DNA of 64,000 bases, taken from Alphaproteobacteria bacterium. GTDB lineage: Bacteria > Pseudomonadota > Alphaproteobacteria > Rs-D84. The first letter of the stretch is position 1. The number at the start of each line of letters is the position of its first letter. This document shows, piece after piece, positions 1 to 9,135 of this stretch. The position numbers and the translations under genes are program-made. Location: NCBI GenBank assembly GCA_017534945.1, contig JAFXVB010000024.1:19546-83545 (forward strand). The letters run 5' to 3'. The notes under the pieces are model-generated. The model was not told the DNA's origin. It searched no databases and saw only the letters and a list, made by a program, of their open reading frames with translations.

Positions 1-2628
1 TGTAATAATTGATGTTGCGATTGTAAGTGGATGTGTCAAAGAATTCAAAATTGCCGCCAATAACATAAATGTCAAAACAGACGCCAAAATAAATGCCATA
101 CCAATTTCACTGGTTGTATCACTTTGAATTTCCGACATACCACCAAATTTTGCGCTGTATCCCGCCGCCCATTCCATTTGCGCCATTTCAGCCTCTATCT
201 TTTTTTGAACCGGGCCAATTGTTGATTTACCAATATTGATATCAATTTCGGTGACACGCGATTTATCCAAACGACTGATATTTGGTGTTGACGGCACATT
301 TTGTATTTCACCTAATTCTGCCAATGCAACCATACCACGCGGAGAATTTACAAACACACTGTTGAACATAAAGTTTGTTTTGAATGGGCGCGCAAATTCC
401 AAAACGATTGGATATTCTTTTCCATTTTCTTTGTATTTATAAGAATCATTTCCATATAACGCAGTACGCAACACCGAACCAGCATAAGAATTTTTAATTC
501 CCCACGCACTCATTTGTTCTTGGTTTGGCACAAAACGAATTTCATTGTTTGGTTTTTGTTGTGCCAATACCGCACTTTGCACTTCGGGAATATTATTTAT
601 TCGTGCGACCAATTCGTTTGCATATTTTTCACGCATTACATCATCATCGCCATAAACATTCAAAACCATGTCTGATGAAATACCACCACTGATCGCTTCG
701 CCGGCACGAATTTGAATTTCTGCATCTGGGATATTTGATAAATTTTTCAACATTTTTTGTGCTAATTTTTTATCACTTATTCCGCGTTTACTTCTATCAA
801 CCAAATTTGTTGTGATTGTGATATTTTGCAAACCACGTTCACCAATTTTTACTATGGTTGATTCAACTTCGCGATATTGGTGTAAAACATCATCTATGCT
901 TTTTGCGATTTCAGTTGATTTTTCGTATGTTGCCCCCATTGGCGCACGCACAGTCAATGTAATTTGATTCGCATCGGTTGATGGTTGGAATTCATTACCA
1001 ACAAAACTCATCAATTGCGCCGCACCAAATAATACAGCAACAGCAATCAAAACAACACGACCGGCATGCGCAAATTGATAGTCATACCAACGACGCAAAC
1101 GAGTGTGTTTTTCTTCTGTTTTTGTTTGTTTATCATCTATTACCTCACGACGATTGGTTAAACGCAAAAACTGTGCAATCATCATCGGTGTCAAAGTGAA
1201 TGAAAACAACAAAGACAATAAAGTTAAATATACAACAGTCATACCAAATTGAATCATGAACTGCCCCACAATACCACCCATAAATGCCAACGGCAAAAAC
1301 ACCACAACATTGGTTCCAACGCCCGCCAACACAGAAACCGCAACACGTTTTGTTCCGTCAATTGCTGCATTTTCAGGATTTTTACCATTGCGCATTTCTT
1401 GCAATGCGGATTCAATCAAAATAATTGCATTTGACACCAAAGTCCCCAACGCCGATGAATACGCCAATAAAGTCATCGCATTTATGGTAAAACCACTGAA
1501 ACTTACAAAGAACATACCGGCCACCATTGATGTAGGAATCACAACACCCGCAATAACAGTCGAACGCCAATTTTGAGTGAACAATAACAAAATTATAACT
1601 GTGAAAATAATACCCAAAACAATTCCATTGATTGTATCAAATGTATCGCTTTCAACCTTGGTAGAAGAATCGCTTACGATTTCCATTTGTGCATTTGGAT
1701 ACTTTGTTTGCATTTCAGCAATCAAATCTGGCATTGCTTTACGTAATGCATTTGATATTTTAATTGCATTACCGTCCGCCGCCTTTATCACAGATGCGAT
1801 AATAACATCATTTCCATTATATTTTGCACCTTTGTCTATATCACGCGCAGAATCAGTGACGGTTGCAACATCGGTCAATTTGAAATTTTGTCCTTCACTT
1901 GTCACAATTTGCAGATTTTCAATTTCATCAACACTTGCAAATTCGCCAACGAAACGAACATTTGATGAACCGGTACCACTTTCAATTTTTCCCCCAGGCA
2001 CATTTAAATTTTTATTCGCCAATGCCGATACAATATCAACAATCGTGACACCGCGCGCCGCCATTTCATCAGGCGACATTTCAATACGAATTGCACGTTT
2101 TAATCCACCAAATACATTTACATTTGCAACACCTTTTATACCGGTGATTTTGTTGGACAATGTATCGGTTGTATATTCATATAATTCACGTGAATCAGCA
2201 CCATAAATCGCGACATCAATCACAGATTGTTGTAATGGATTCAATTTTTCAACAACCGGTTGTTTCATATCTTCTGGAAATTCTGCAGATAACGCGTCCA
2301 ATTTTGATTTTACTTCTGCTGATTTATCATTTACATTTACACCCAAATTAAATTCAGCCATCACATAACCGCCATTTTCATAACTTTGAGATGTAATTTT
2401 TTTAAGCCCGGAAACTTCGGACATGGCATCTTCGGCCTTTTTCAAAATTTGCGATTCTATCTCTTGGGGGGCGGCACCCGGATATATGAAAGATGCGGTC
2501 ACATACGGAAAATCCAAAGACGGGGTACGTTCTATATTCATACCATTAAAAGAATAAAAACCCAATACGACCCAAAATAAAACAAACATCAATGTTGTAA
2601 TTGGACGACGAACAAAAAATCTTAACAT
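1..2628 (-). CDS. Efflux RND transporter permease subunit (AcrB/AcrD/AcrF-like), 3' end (C-terminus) truncated by window start
   Basis: The minus-strand frame is open from an ATG at 2626-2628 (MLRFFVRRPITTLMFVLFWVV...) through position 1 and is about 875 aa. Its 12-TM/large-periplasmic-loop architecture and composition are RND-like. The listed plus-strand ORFs 1256-2206 are antisense artefacts. It is the last gene of a MarR-TolC-adaptor-RND operon. Confidence 0.8.
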   Translation of the reverse strand, partial: MLRFFVRRPITTLMFVLFWVVLGFYSFNGMNIERTPSLDFPYVTASFIYPGAAPQEIESQILKKAEDAMSEVSGLKKITSQSYENGGYVMAEFNLGVNVNDKSAEVKSKLDALSAEFPEDMKQPVVEKLNPLQQSVIDVAIYGADSRELYEYTTDTLSNKITGIKGVANVNVFGGLKRAIRIEMSPDEMAARGVTIVDIVSALANKNLNVPGGKIESGTGSSNVRFVGEFASVDEIENLQIVTSEGQNFKLTDVATVTDSARDIDKGAKYNGNDVIIASVIKAADGNAIKISNALRKAMPDLIAEMQTKYPNAQMEIVSDSSTKVESDTFDTINGIVLGIIFTVIILLLFTQNWRSTVIAGVVIPTSMVAGMFFVSFSGFTINAMTLLAYSSALGTLVSNAIILIESALQEMRNGKNPENAAIDGTKRVAVSVLAGVGTNVVVFLPLAFMGGIVGQFMIQFGMTVVYLTLLSLLFSFTLTPMMIAQFLRLTNRREVIDDKQTKTEEKHTRLRRWYDYQFAHAGRVVLIAVAVLFGAAQLMSFVGNEFQPSTDANQITLTVRAPMGATYEKSTEIAKSIDDVLHQYREVESTIVKIGERGLQNITITTNLVDRSKRGISDKKLAQKMLKNLSNIPDAEIQIRAGEAISGGISSDMVLNVYGDDDVMREKYANELVARINNIPEVQSAVLAQQKPNNEIRFVPNQEQMSAWGIKNSYAGSVLRTALYGNDSYKYKENGKEYPIVLEFARPFKTNFMFNSVFVNSPRGMVALAELGEIQNVPSTPNISRLDKSRVTEIDINIGKSTIGPVQKKIEAEMAQMEWAAGYSAKFGGMSEIQSDTTSEIGMAFILASVLTFMLLAAILNSLTHPLTIATSIIT

Positions 2629-2633
2629 TTTAA

Positions 2634-3260
2634 TTACTCCCCTTGCTTTTCAATACGAACCCTTTCCCCTGATGATACTTTTGATAAAATCACAATATCA
2701 CCATCATGCAAACCTTGGGTAATAAGTGCAACATCGGCATCGCTGTGTGCAACAATAACCTTGCGCAATGTAGCCACACCATTTTCATACACAAAAACAT
2801 TGTCATCAACAACCGCATAAACCGGCACAAAATAACCATTGCGAGTGTATTCAACATATTGCAAACCGTTTTCTACATTTGATGTTTTAATTACATACAT
2901 ACCTGTATCCAAATTTATATTTTGCGACACAGATGTAATTTTACCGTTTCCAACCTTTTGTCCGGCACGAAACAACCCAACACGATTGCCGGTCACATAC
3001 GCTTTATTTTTTTCAACTGTTATTGGTTCATGCAAAACCCCAGAAGAATTTTGTGCCGTCATTGTTAAAACAGGCGTACCATTAATTGATATATCGCGCG
3101 AAATATTAAACACATCTTGGTTATGTTGTAATATCAACGCAACAATACGAAAACAAACCCAAAAAACAATTGCACACACAGATAAAATGTAAATCCATTT
3201 TTTTAACTGTTGTGGTTTTTTTACTTTAAAAAATTTTATTATACGTTCCATTTTATTCAT
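2634..3260 (-). CDS. Efflux periplasmic adaptor (membrane fusion protein), unusually short (208 aa)
   Basis: It has an N-terminal TM anchor followed by beta-barrel and membrane-proximal-like segments (…VILSKVSSGERVRIEK). It sits between the TolC and RND genes with 8-nt and 6-nt junctions. No alpha-helical hairpin is evident. Confidence 0.55.
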   Translation of the reverse strand: MNKMERIIKFFKVKKPQQLKKWIYILSVCAIVFWVCFRIVALILQHNQDVFNISRDISINGTPVLTMTAQNSSGVLHEPITVEKNKAYVTGNRVGLFRAGQKVGNGKITSVSQNINLDTGMYVIKTSNVENGLQYVEYTRNGYFVPVYAVVDDNVFVYENGVATLRKVIVAHSDADVALITQGLHDGDIVILSKVSSGERVRIEKQGE

Positions 3261-4587
3261 CCAATTTTTTAATTGATTCCATTGACATTAAAATTTTGTA
3301 TTTTGCATTTAACAATGCCATATCTAACTGATACAATCCGGACGCAACTTCGGCCAATTCAACCGCAGATGTTTGACCGGCACCAAATCTATCCTGGGAA
3401 AATTTGTATGCTTTTGCCGCCAAATCGCGTGCATTTTGCATGTTTTCCAAATTATCACGCAAATGATTATATTGACGGATTGCTGTGTTATATTGTTCCG
3501 TTGTCAATTTTTTTGTTTTATCCAAATCTTGACGCGCGGCTTCGGCGTTCATTACGTCAACCGTTGCATTTGCACGATTTAATCCACCGGTAAATACAGG
3601 AACCGATAAAGCCAATCCCCAATATGCCCCCTGGGATCCAGATTTTTCAAACATATGCCCAACATCGTTTCCCATTGTCATAAAATTATACGCACCAACC
3701 GCCGCCAATGTTGGATAGCCATTTGCGCGTTGTGATGAAGCCTTGGCTTCGTACATATTTACCTGTTCTTGTAAAACTTCCCATTGTGGGGTTGATGTTA
3801 ATTTCTTATCTGCGATATTTTCAAATTCACTTGGAAAATTATCAGTCAAATTTAATTCTTCATCTATATCGATTCCCGCAAAAATTTTTAACATACGGTG
3901 CGCCGTATCGCGATTAAATTCTGCATCTGATAAATTGATTTCTTTGCTTGCAATATCTGTTTCGATTTTAACCAAATTACCACGATTGGCACGACCCGTT
4001 GCCGTTAATTTAGATTTAGAAACCTTTGCATTATTCAAATCTTGTTGTGCCAATTTCACAATTTCATCAGTCATTTTCGCGGTCCAATATAAATCTGCCG
4101 CACTGTATGCAACCTCGCGTCGGGTGATTTCTTTACTGGTCTTTGACATTTTAATCGCACTGCGCGTGCTGTCCACAGCATTACCGATTTTTCCAAATGT
4201 GTAAATCGGTTGAGTAATTGACACACCCGCCATTAGTAAATTATCAGGAATTTGTAAATTTGTTAAATCGTTGCCTGTGTTTTGAGCCGCTTGGGCCAAC
4301 AACCCACCAAGTTCAGGCGGTAATTTTATACCTTGGTCACTGGTTGGATTGGTGACATCAACTAAATTCATATACGAAGCGTTTGCCGTCACATTTACCC
4401 AACGATTTGCATTGACCGCATCCAATGAAGCTTCGGCCTTTTTCACATTAGCCTCGGCCTTTTTAATATCATTTGATTCGGCAATAATTTTATTCACCGC
4501 ATCATTTAATGACAAATCCATAGCAACCGCATTATTTGCAATCAAACCACCACACAATACCGCACAAATAAATTTTAATTTACGCAT
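3253..4587 (-). CDS. TolC-family outer membrane efflux protein
   Basis: 444 aa with a signal peptide (MRKLKFICAVLCGGLIANNAVA), coiled-coil-rich, and a characteristic outer-membrane-factor composition. It lies in an operon with the adaptor and RND genes. Confidence 0.7.
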   Translation of the reverse strand: MRKLKFICAVLCGGLIANNAVAMDLSLNDAVNKIIAESNDIKKAEANVKKAEASLDAVNANRWVNVTANASYMNLVDVTNPTSDQGIKLPPELGGLLAQAAQNTGNDLTNLQIPDNLLMAGVSITQPIYTFGKIGNAVDSTRSAIKMSKTSKEITRREVAYSAADLYWTAKMTDEIVKLAQQDLNNAKVSKSKLTATGRANRGNLVKIETDIASKEINLSDAEFNRDTAHRMLKIFAGIDIDEELNLTDNFPSEFENIADKKLTSTPQWEVLQEQVNMYEAKASSQRANGYPTLAAVGAYNFMTMGNDVGHMFEKSGSQGAYWGLALSVPVFTGGLNRANATVDVMNAEAARQDLDKTKKLTTEQYNTAIRQYNHLRDNLENMQNARDLAAKAYKFSQDRFGAGQTSAVELAEVASGLYQLDMALLNAKYKILMSMESIKKLDE

Positions 4588-5029
4588 TTTGTTCCTCCAC
4601 CCGCTTTAAAATTCCATTGATATATTCAAAGCATTCCGCCAATTTGTTTTCTTCGGCCCCAGATAAATTACGGCAAAATTGTTCAATTGTATCCATGACC
4701 GCATCTTTGAATTTATTTGCAACCTTTTGCCCTTTGGACGTGACAGCATACCAAGTATTACGACGATCGTTTTCATCAACGGTGCGTACGACCAAACCTT
4801 CGGCCTCTAACTTTCTAAACATAATACACAGGTTTGGTGTTGGCATACATTGACGACGCGCAATTTCTTTTAATTTAGAACGACCCGACACATACAAATC
4901 AACCAATACCATCAATTGTTGGCGATTATAACCAACCTTTTGCGAAGGAAATTGTTGAATACGGGTCAACAAACGTTCCAAAACAACGCCATGTTCTTCT
5001 ATTAATTCTATGAATCTTTTTCTGGCCAC
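4580..5029 (-). CDS. MarR family transcriptional regulator
   Basis: 149 aa with a winged-HTH MarR pattern (…LMVLVDLYVSGRSKLKEIARRQCMPTPNLCIMFRKLEAEGLVVRTVDENDRRNTWYAVTSKG). It heads the efflux operon. Confidence 0.8.
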   Translation of the reverse strand: MARKRFIELIEEHGVVLERLLTRIQQFPSQKVGYNRQQLMVLVDLYVSGRSKLKEIARRQCMPTPNLCIMFRKLEAEGLVVRTVDENDRRNTWYAVTSKGQKVANKFKDAVMDTIEQFCRNLSGAEENKLAECFEYINGILKRVEEQNA

Positions 5030-5248
5030 AGAAAACCCCTTTGTTTAACATAAAAATCATTAAAAACTTTAACGATTATATATATTTAATTTTATTTTTC
5101 AAGTGTTATTATGCAAATTTTTTTATTTTATTACTTGCTTATAAAAAATAATATGGCACGCGATAAAACAGAATCGGTTTTTATTAAAAACATACTTGAT
5201 TGTTGCCTATATTTTTGTATGATATAACCAAATAAAAACAGGTTTGAT

Positions 5249-5995
5249 ATGAATCTTAGAACTTTTTTTGCAAATATGGTATGTGCAACAATCCCCGGAA
5301 AAAAACGGCGCGATATTGTGCGTATAAAAATTAAATATCGCGAATATCTGCGCGATTGTAAAAAATTTGCGTTGTCACATGTTGATGGGAAAAAGCATCG
5401 TGTTCGTATTGATGTCGGCACGCGGTCGCATAATTTGATTTTGTTGGTTGGTAATATTGCTGCTTTTAAATTTCCTTTGCATGAAAATGGATATGAAAAG
5501 ACAACCCGCGAAAAACGCATTGTTGATACTTTTTCAAAAATCAGCCCTATAAAAATTCCAAAGTTAGATGTTTTGCAATGGGGTGATATAACTGTGCGCA
5601 AATATGAATTTGCAGATGGTGTATTGTTAAAAAAAATAAAGCCACAAATTGTAATGCAATACCGCAATAAAATTTCAACACAATTGGCTGAATTTATTTT
5701 TGCAATCGGGAATGCAGACCCGGTTGAATTACGCGATTTAAAATTAGACCCATACGACAAACCTGGATATATGCATGGTTGGTTTCATAATGATATTGCC
5801 GAAAATTTTACTGTGAATCCAAAAACTTTGGACATAAAATATTTTATCGATTGGGAAGATACGATTTTTTATGATTTCACACTTGGGTTTATGCATACAC
5901 GCAACAGTTGGGAAAAATCTGGGTTCATCGGTTTGACAGATGATGTGATTGATAAATATACCGCATTATATAAAAAATCCCGCAAACACGATTGA
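5249..5995 (+). CDS. Kinase-like phosphotransferase (choline/ethanolamine kinase / APH fold)
   Basis: It has a catalytic-loop-like HNDIAENF (HxDxxxxN) followed by IDWED (Brenner/IDxE metal-binding motif). The overlapping minus ORF 5131-5760 is a low-complexity antisense artefact. Confidence 0.4.
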   Translation: MNLRTFFANMVCATIPGKKRRDIVRIKIKYREYLRDCKKFALSHVDGKKHRVRIDVGTRSHNLILLVGNIAAFKFPLHENGYEKTTREKRIVDTFSKISPIKIPKLDVLQWGDITVRKYEFADGVLLKKIKPQIVMQYRNKISTQLAEFIFAIGNADPVELRDLKLDPYDKPGYMHGWFHNDIAENFTVNPKTLDIKYFIDWEDTIFYDFTLGFMHTRNSWEKSGFIGLTDDVIDKYTALYKKSRKHD

Positions 5996-6041
5996 CATTT
6001 GTCCAATCATCGGGTATCTTTTTATTCGCATTGATAGTTTT

Positions 6042-6117
6042 GCTCCCATCGTCTAGCGGTCCAGGACATCGGATTCTCATTCCGGCAACATGGGTTCGAT
6101 TCCCATTGGGAGTGCCA
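6042..6117 (+). tRNA. tRNA-Glu (anticodon CUC), CCA encoded
   Basis: A 76-nt cloverleaf. The acceptor stem is GCTCCCA/TGGGAGT, and the anticodon stem TCGGA/TCCGG carries the loop TTCTCAT (U-CUC-A). The T-arm is ATGGG-TTCGATT-CCCAT and there is a 3' GCCA. It is close to the E. coli tRNA-Glu scaffold. Confidence 0.8.
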
Positions 6118-6123
6118 GTAATT

Positions 6124-6150
6124 AAAAACGCCCCTTTTGGGGTGTTTTTA
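6124..6150 (+). terminator. Intrinsic terminator after tRNA-Glu
   Basis: aaacgcccc-tttt-ggggtgttttt: a GC stem followed by a T-run. Confidence 0.6.
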
Positions 6151-6216
6151 ATTAGTGACAGTTTCAATCACAACCGAATGCCCACAGGCGAAACGGTATA
6201 ATTTTCATGAAACACA

Positions 6217-6245
6217 TTGCTTTTTGGGCTGATTTATGATATAAT
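6217..6245 (+). promoter_or_regulatory. Sigma70-like promoter (TTGCTT-17-TGaTATAAT, extended -10)
   Basis: The -35 is at 6217-6222 and a perfect TATAAT at 6240-6245, preceded by TG. It lies about 50 nt upstream of the MuF-like gene RBS. Confidence 0.45.
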
Positions 6246-6260
6246 ACGGTCAAGTTCACA

Positions 6261-6287
6261 GACGGCATTCGTGCCGTCTTTTTTTAT
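6261..6287 (+). terminator. Terminator/attenuator-like hairpin between promoter and MuF-like gene
   Basis: gacggca-ttc-gtgccgtc followed by tttttttat. It is located between the predicted transcription start site and the RBS AAGGAG at 6297. Confidence 0.4.
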
Positions 6288-6310
6288 ACAAACAATAAAA
6301 GGAGCGATAA

Positions 6311-6916
6311 ATGGAACCAACTTATATATCGGCATTTCCAGGAATTGGTACAACAAGAATGTTCGTTGGAAATGACGGAAATATTTATGAAGCCAGCGGA
6401 GGTAGCAGAGCATGGCGTAATAACAACCCTGGAAATTTAGAATATGGAAAATTTACTCGTGATAATGGCGCAATTGGTACAGACGGCAGATTTGCCATAT
6501 TTCCAGATATAACAACAGGTTTTAATGCTATGACCGAATTATTATCAACAAATTCGTATCAAACCTTAACTGTTGAAGGGGCAATAAACAGATATGCACC
6601 ATCAACCGAAAATAATGTTGAAAATTATTTAAAATCAATAGAACGACAAACAGGTTTTACGCGTTCAACACCAATGAACCAACTTTCAAAAGACAATTTA
6701 CTAAAACTAGCACAAGCAATGGCTAAACATGAAGGAAATATGATCGGGAAAAAACGTTTTGTTTCTAAACATGAAAAATATGTTTGGGTGACGGTTGGTG
6801 ATGATAAAGTTAGACCAGAACACGAAATACTGGACGGCGAAATTAGAACATGGTATGATACACCACATCCAGGGGAAGAATACGGATGTCGATGCCATGC
6901 AGAAAGTGTTGATTAA
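6311..6916 (+). CDS. Phage head-morphogenesis (SPP1 gp7 / Mu F)-like domain protein with uncharacterised N-terminal domain
   Basis: The C-terminus WVTVGDDKVRPEHEILDGEIRTWYDTPHPGEEYGCRCHAE matches the Phage_Mu_F signature (DxRVRxxH…LDG…P…NCRC). There is a strong RBS, aaaggag-N5-ATG. The N-terminal about 110 aa (…RAWRNNNPGNLEYG…FAIFPD…) is unassigned. Confidence 0.6.
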   Translation: MEPTYISAFPGIGTTRMFVGNDGNIYEASGGSRAWRNNNPGNLEYGKFTRDNGAIGTDGRFAIFPDITTGFNAMTELLSTNSYQTLTVEGAINRYAPSTENNVENYLKSIERQTGFTRSTPMNQLSKDNLLKLAQAMAKHEGNMIGKKRFVSKHEKYVWVTVGDDKVRPEHEILDGEIRTWYDTPHPGEEYGCRCHAESVD

Positions 6917-7394
6917 ATTTTTTATTTTATTGTTATGTATGGCCTGTTCAAGCCGGGTTGAATATACTGAAGATTTTTTTGATGGATTACCTCAGCCAGA
7001 TAAAACCGAAATTTTTGATTTGCCCGATGATTACGGAATAAAAAAGATAGATACTTTTTTCATAGATATAAATAACAACGGTAAAAATGACACTATCAAA
7101 CGTGGTCGATTTGTAACAGGCACAGCGCATTCATACACTTTTTACGATATATATTTGGACAATGGCGAATTGCTTACGCATTTAACAACCCACGAAGGTG
7201 CCGATTGCGTTTTACGCACTTATAAATTTCAAATACAACCGTTTGTAATAACAAGTGCATCAAGACCAATCGGCAAAGATTATATGGAACCAACAAAAGC
7301 AAAAATAGAAACATTTGAAATTAAAAATAATAAAATAGAATCTGTATTTAGCGAAGAATACAATCCAATTTGTGATGTTAGATATCTATTATAA
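6897..7394 (+). CDS. Small secreted/lipoprotein (possible cognate partner of the MuF-like protein)
   Basis: It starts at M35 of the listed ORF (MQKVLIKFFILLLCMACSS…), a signal peptide with a Cys lipobox-like end. It overlaps the upstream gene by 20 nt. No recognisable family. Confidence 0.45.
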   Translation: MQKVLIKFFILLLCMACSSRVEYTEDFFDGLPQPDKTEIFDLPDDYGIKKIDTFFIDINNNGKNDTIKRGRFVTGTAHSYTFYDIYLDNGELLTHLTTHEGADCVLRTYKFQIQPFVITSASRPIGKDYMEPTKAKIETFEIKNNKIESVFSEEYNPICDVRYLL

Positions 7395-7440
7395 CTGTTT
7401 CTAAACACGTTTCATTTCATCGAAATCATGAACAGATTTT

Positions 7441-8487
7441 TTATTTTGTGACTGTGTCGGCTATTTTTTGTGCTGCACGATTTTCAACCAGTGATTTCTT
7501 TGCCATTTTTTCGAGTCTGGTTGGATTATCAAATAAATCCGTCAATGTGGACGCCAACCAACGCGGTGTGAATTTTGATTGCTCAATCGAAAAACCACCA
7601 CCCAATTTTGCAAATGCATCTGCATTGGCGGCTTGGTCTGGATTGATATTTAATGGCACCAAAATCGCCGCACGACCAATTGTTTCAAGTTCTATGACGG
7701 TACTGGCCCCACTGCGCCCAATGACCAAATCAGCATCTTTGATTGCAGACGCCATATCGCGAATAAAAGACAATACATTTGCATGGATTTTATGTTCTGC
7801 ATAAAACCTTTGCAATTTTTCAACATTTTCTGGGCGTGTTTGGTGTGTCACAAAAATCTTTTTATTTTTCATAGCCGCAATCGCCAAAGGCACAACTTCA
7901 TCTAAAATTTGTGCGCCCAATGATCCACCGGTCACCAACAAATGAGATTTGTTTGGAATTTTTGAACCTGCCACCATCAAAAAATCCGCACGCACAGGTA
8001 ATCCTGTATAAACAATTTTTGTGTTCGTTTTCGCCGGCATACCGTTGACCGTTGGAAAACTGGTCATCAAAGTTTTTACCCAACGCATAGAAAATCTGTT
8101 TGCGCGACCAATCGCCGCATTTTGTTCATGCAAATATGTTGGTATGCGCCACACATGCGCGGCAAACACAACCGGCACAGATGCATATCCACCAAATGCA
8201 ACAACGCGTGCCGGGCGTGAAATTATAAACCGTAAAATCAATGCTGTGGCAGATACCGCAATTTTGAACAATGCGTATATTTGTTTTACACGACTTTTTG
8301 CACCAACGCCCGATGCCCAAATATGAACAATACGCGAACCCGCGGGTGCAGAATCACGCACCATTTTATCAGTTCGCCCATCACAAGAAATTGTAATTTT
8401 ATGACCACGCGATGCTAATTCTGTTGCCGCCGCCATTGCTGGGAACACATGTCCACCGGTTCCACCTGTTGCAATCCATATTTTCAT
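7441..8487 (-). CDS. murG: Undecaprenyldiphospho-muramoylpentapeptide beta-N-acetylglucosaminyltransferase
   Basis: MKIWIATGGTGGHVFPAMAAA… is the GT28 N-terminal signature. 348 aa, with an RBS aaggaaa. Confidence 0.9.
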   Translation of the reverse strand: MKIWIATGGTGGHVFPAMAAATELASRGHKITISCDGRTDKMVRDSAPAGSRIVHIWASGVGAKSRVKQIYALFKIAVSATALILRFIISRPARVVAFGGYASVPVVFAAHVWRIPTYLHEQNAAIGRANRFSMRWVKTLMTSFPTVNGMPAKTNTKIVYTGLPVRADFLMVAGSKIPNKSHLLVTGGSLGAQILDEVVPLAIAAMKNKKIFVTHQTRPENVEKLQRFYAEHKIHANVLSFIRDMASAIKDADLVIGRSGASTVIELETIGRAAILVPLNINPDQAANADAFAKLGGGFSIEQSKFTPRWLASTLTDLFDNPTRLEKMAKKSLVENRAAQKIADTVTK

Positions 8488-8561
8488 TTTGTTTTCCTTT
8501 GTTTTATGATATAATTATAGCATTAGGTATATAAACTTGCAAATAATAAGGAGAATAAAAA

Positions 8562-9089
8562 ATGAACACTATTGAAAGGAGAAACAAGATAAAGTTATTG
8601 TTGCCACGCGCAGTTAGTTATGGTGTTTATCCTGAAAAAACCATAGAAAATTGCAACGAGATTATTAAATTGATTTCCAATGAACCAAATAAAAAATTGC
8701 AACATACATATTTCAAAGCGTTGGCTGATGCATTATTTATGAAAAGTCCCAGTTTCTTTTTGGGAACAAGGGTGGAACATCATGAAAAAATGTTAAAACA
8801 GCAAACACCAGAAATTCGTTCTATGTTGCGTAAATTAAAAAGATTACATTTTGATATAGATTACAAGCCTGGGTGTATGTTAAAAATCAATGCGTTAATA
8901 CGGGCATATGGTGGCACAATTATGACCAAAGAGCAAATGCGTGAACAAAAAAAGGAAAAGTTTGCAAGGGCCGCAGAAAAAGTTTTGAACAATGAAAAAA
9001 TGCCGCGTAAACAGAAAAAAGAATTAAAAAAAGGTATTAAAAAACTGGGGCCTGCTCTTATTATGGGAAAGTTTGTAAACGGCAAATAA
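8562..9089 (+). CDS. Hypothetical protein, lysine-rich C-terminus, inserted in dcw cluster
   Basis: 175 aa with no recognisable family. The C-terminal 50 aa are very basic (…KQKKELKKGIKKLGPALIMGKFVNGK). It runs opposite to the flanking murG/ftsW. Confidence 0.4.
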   Translation: MNTIERRNKIKLLLPRAVSYGVYPEKTIENCNEIIKLISNEPNKKLQHTYFKALADALFMKSPSFFLGTRVEHHEKMLKQQTPEIRSMLRKLKRLHFDIDYKPGCMLKINALIRAYGGTIMTKEQMREQKKEKFARAAEKVLNNEKMPRKQKKELKKGIKKLGPALIMGKFVNGK

Positions 9090-9091
9090 GA

Positions 9092-9120
9092 AAAAACGAC
9101 CATTATGGTCGTTTTTTTTA
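9092..9120. terminator. Bidirectional intrinsic terminator (ORF 8562-9089 / ftsW)
   Basis: aaaacgaccat-t-atggtcgttttttttatt. Confidence 0.6.
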
Positions 9121-9135
9121 TTTCTTTTTTTTATG

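Noticed and set aside
1256-2206. Plus-strand ORFs 1256-1576, 1577-2206 and 2160-2351
   Set aside because: They are antisense to the long open RND permease frame on the minus strand. Their low-complexity composition is typical of AT-rich antisense translation.
5131-5760. 209-aa minus-strand ORF
   Set aside because: It overlaps the kinase-like plus-strand gene. Its F/I/S/R-rich sequence has no motifs, so it is an antisense artefact.
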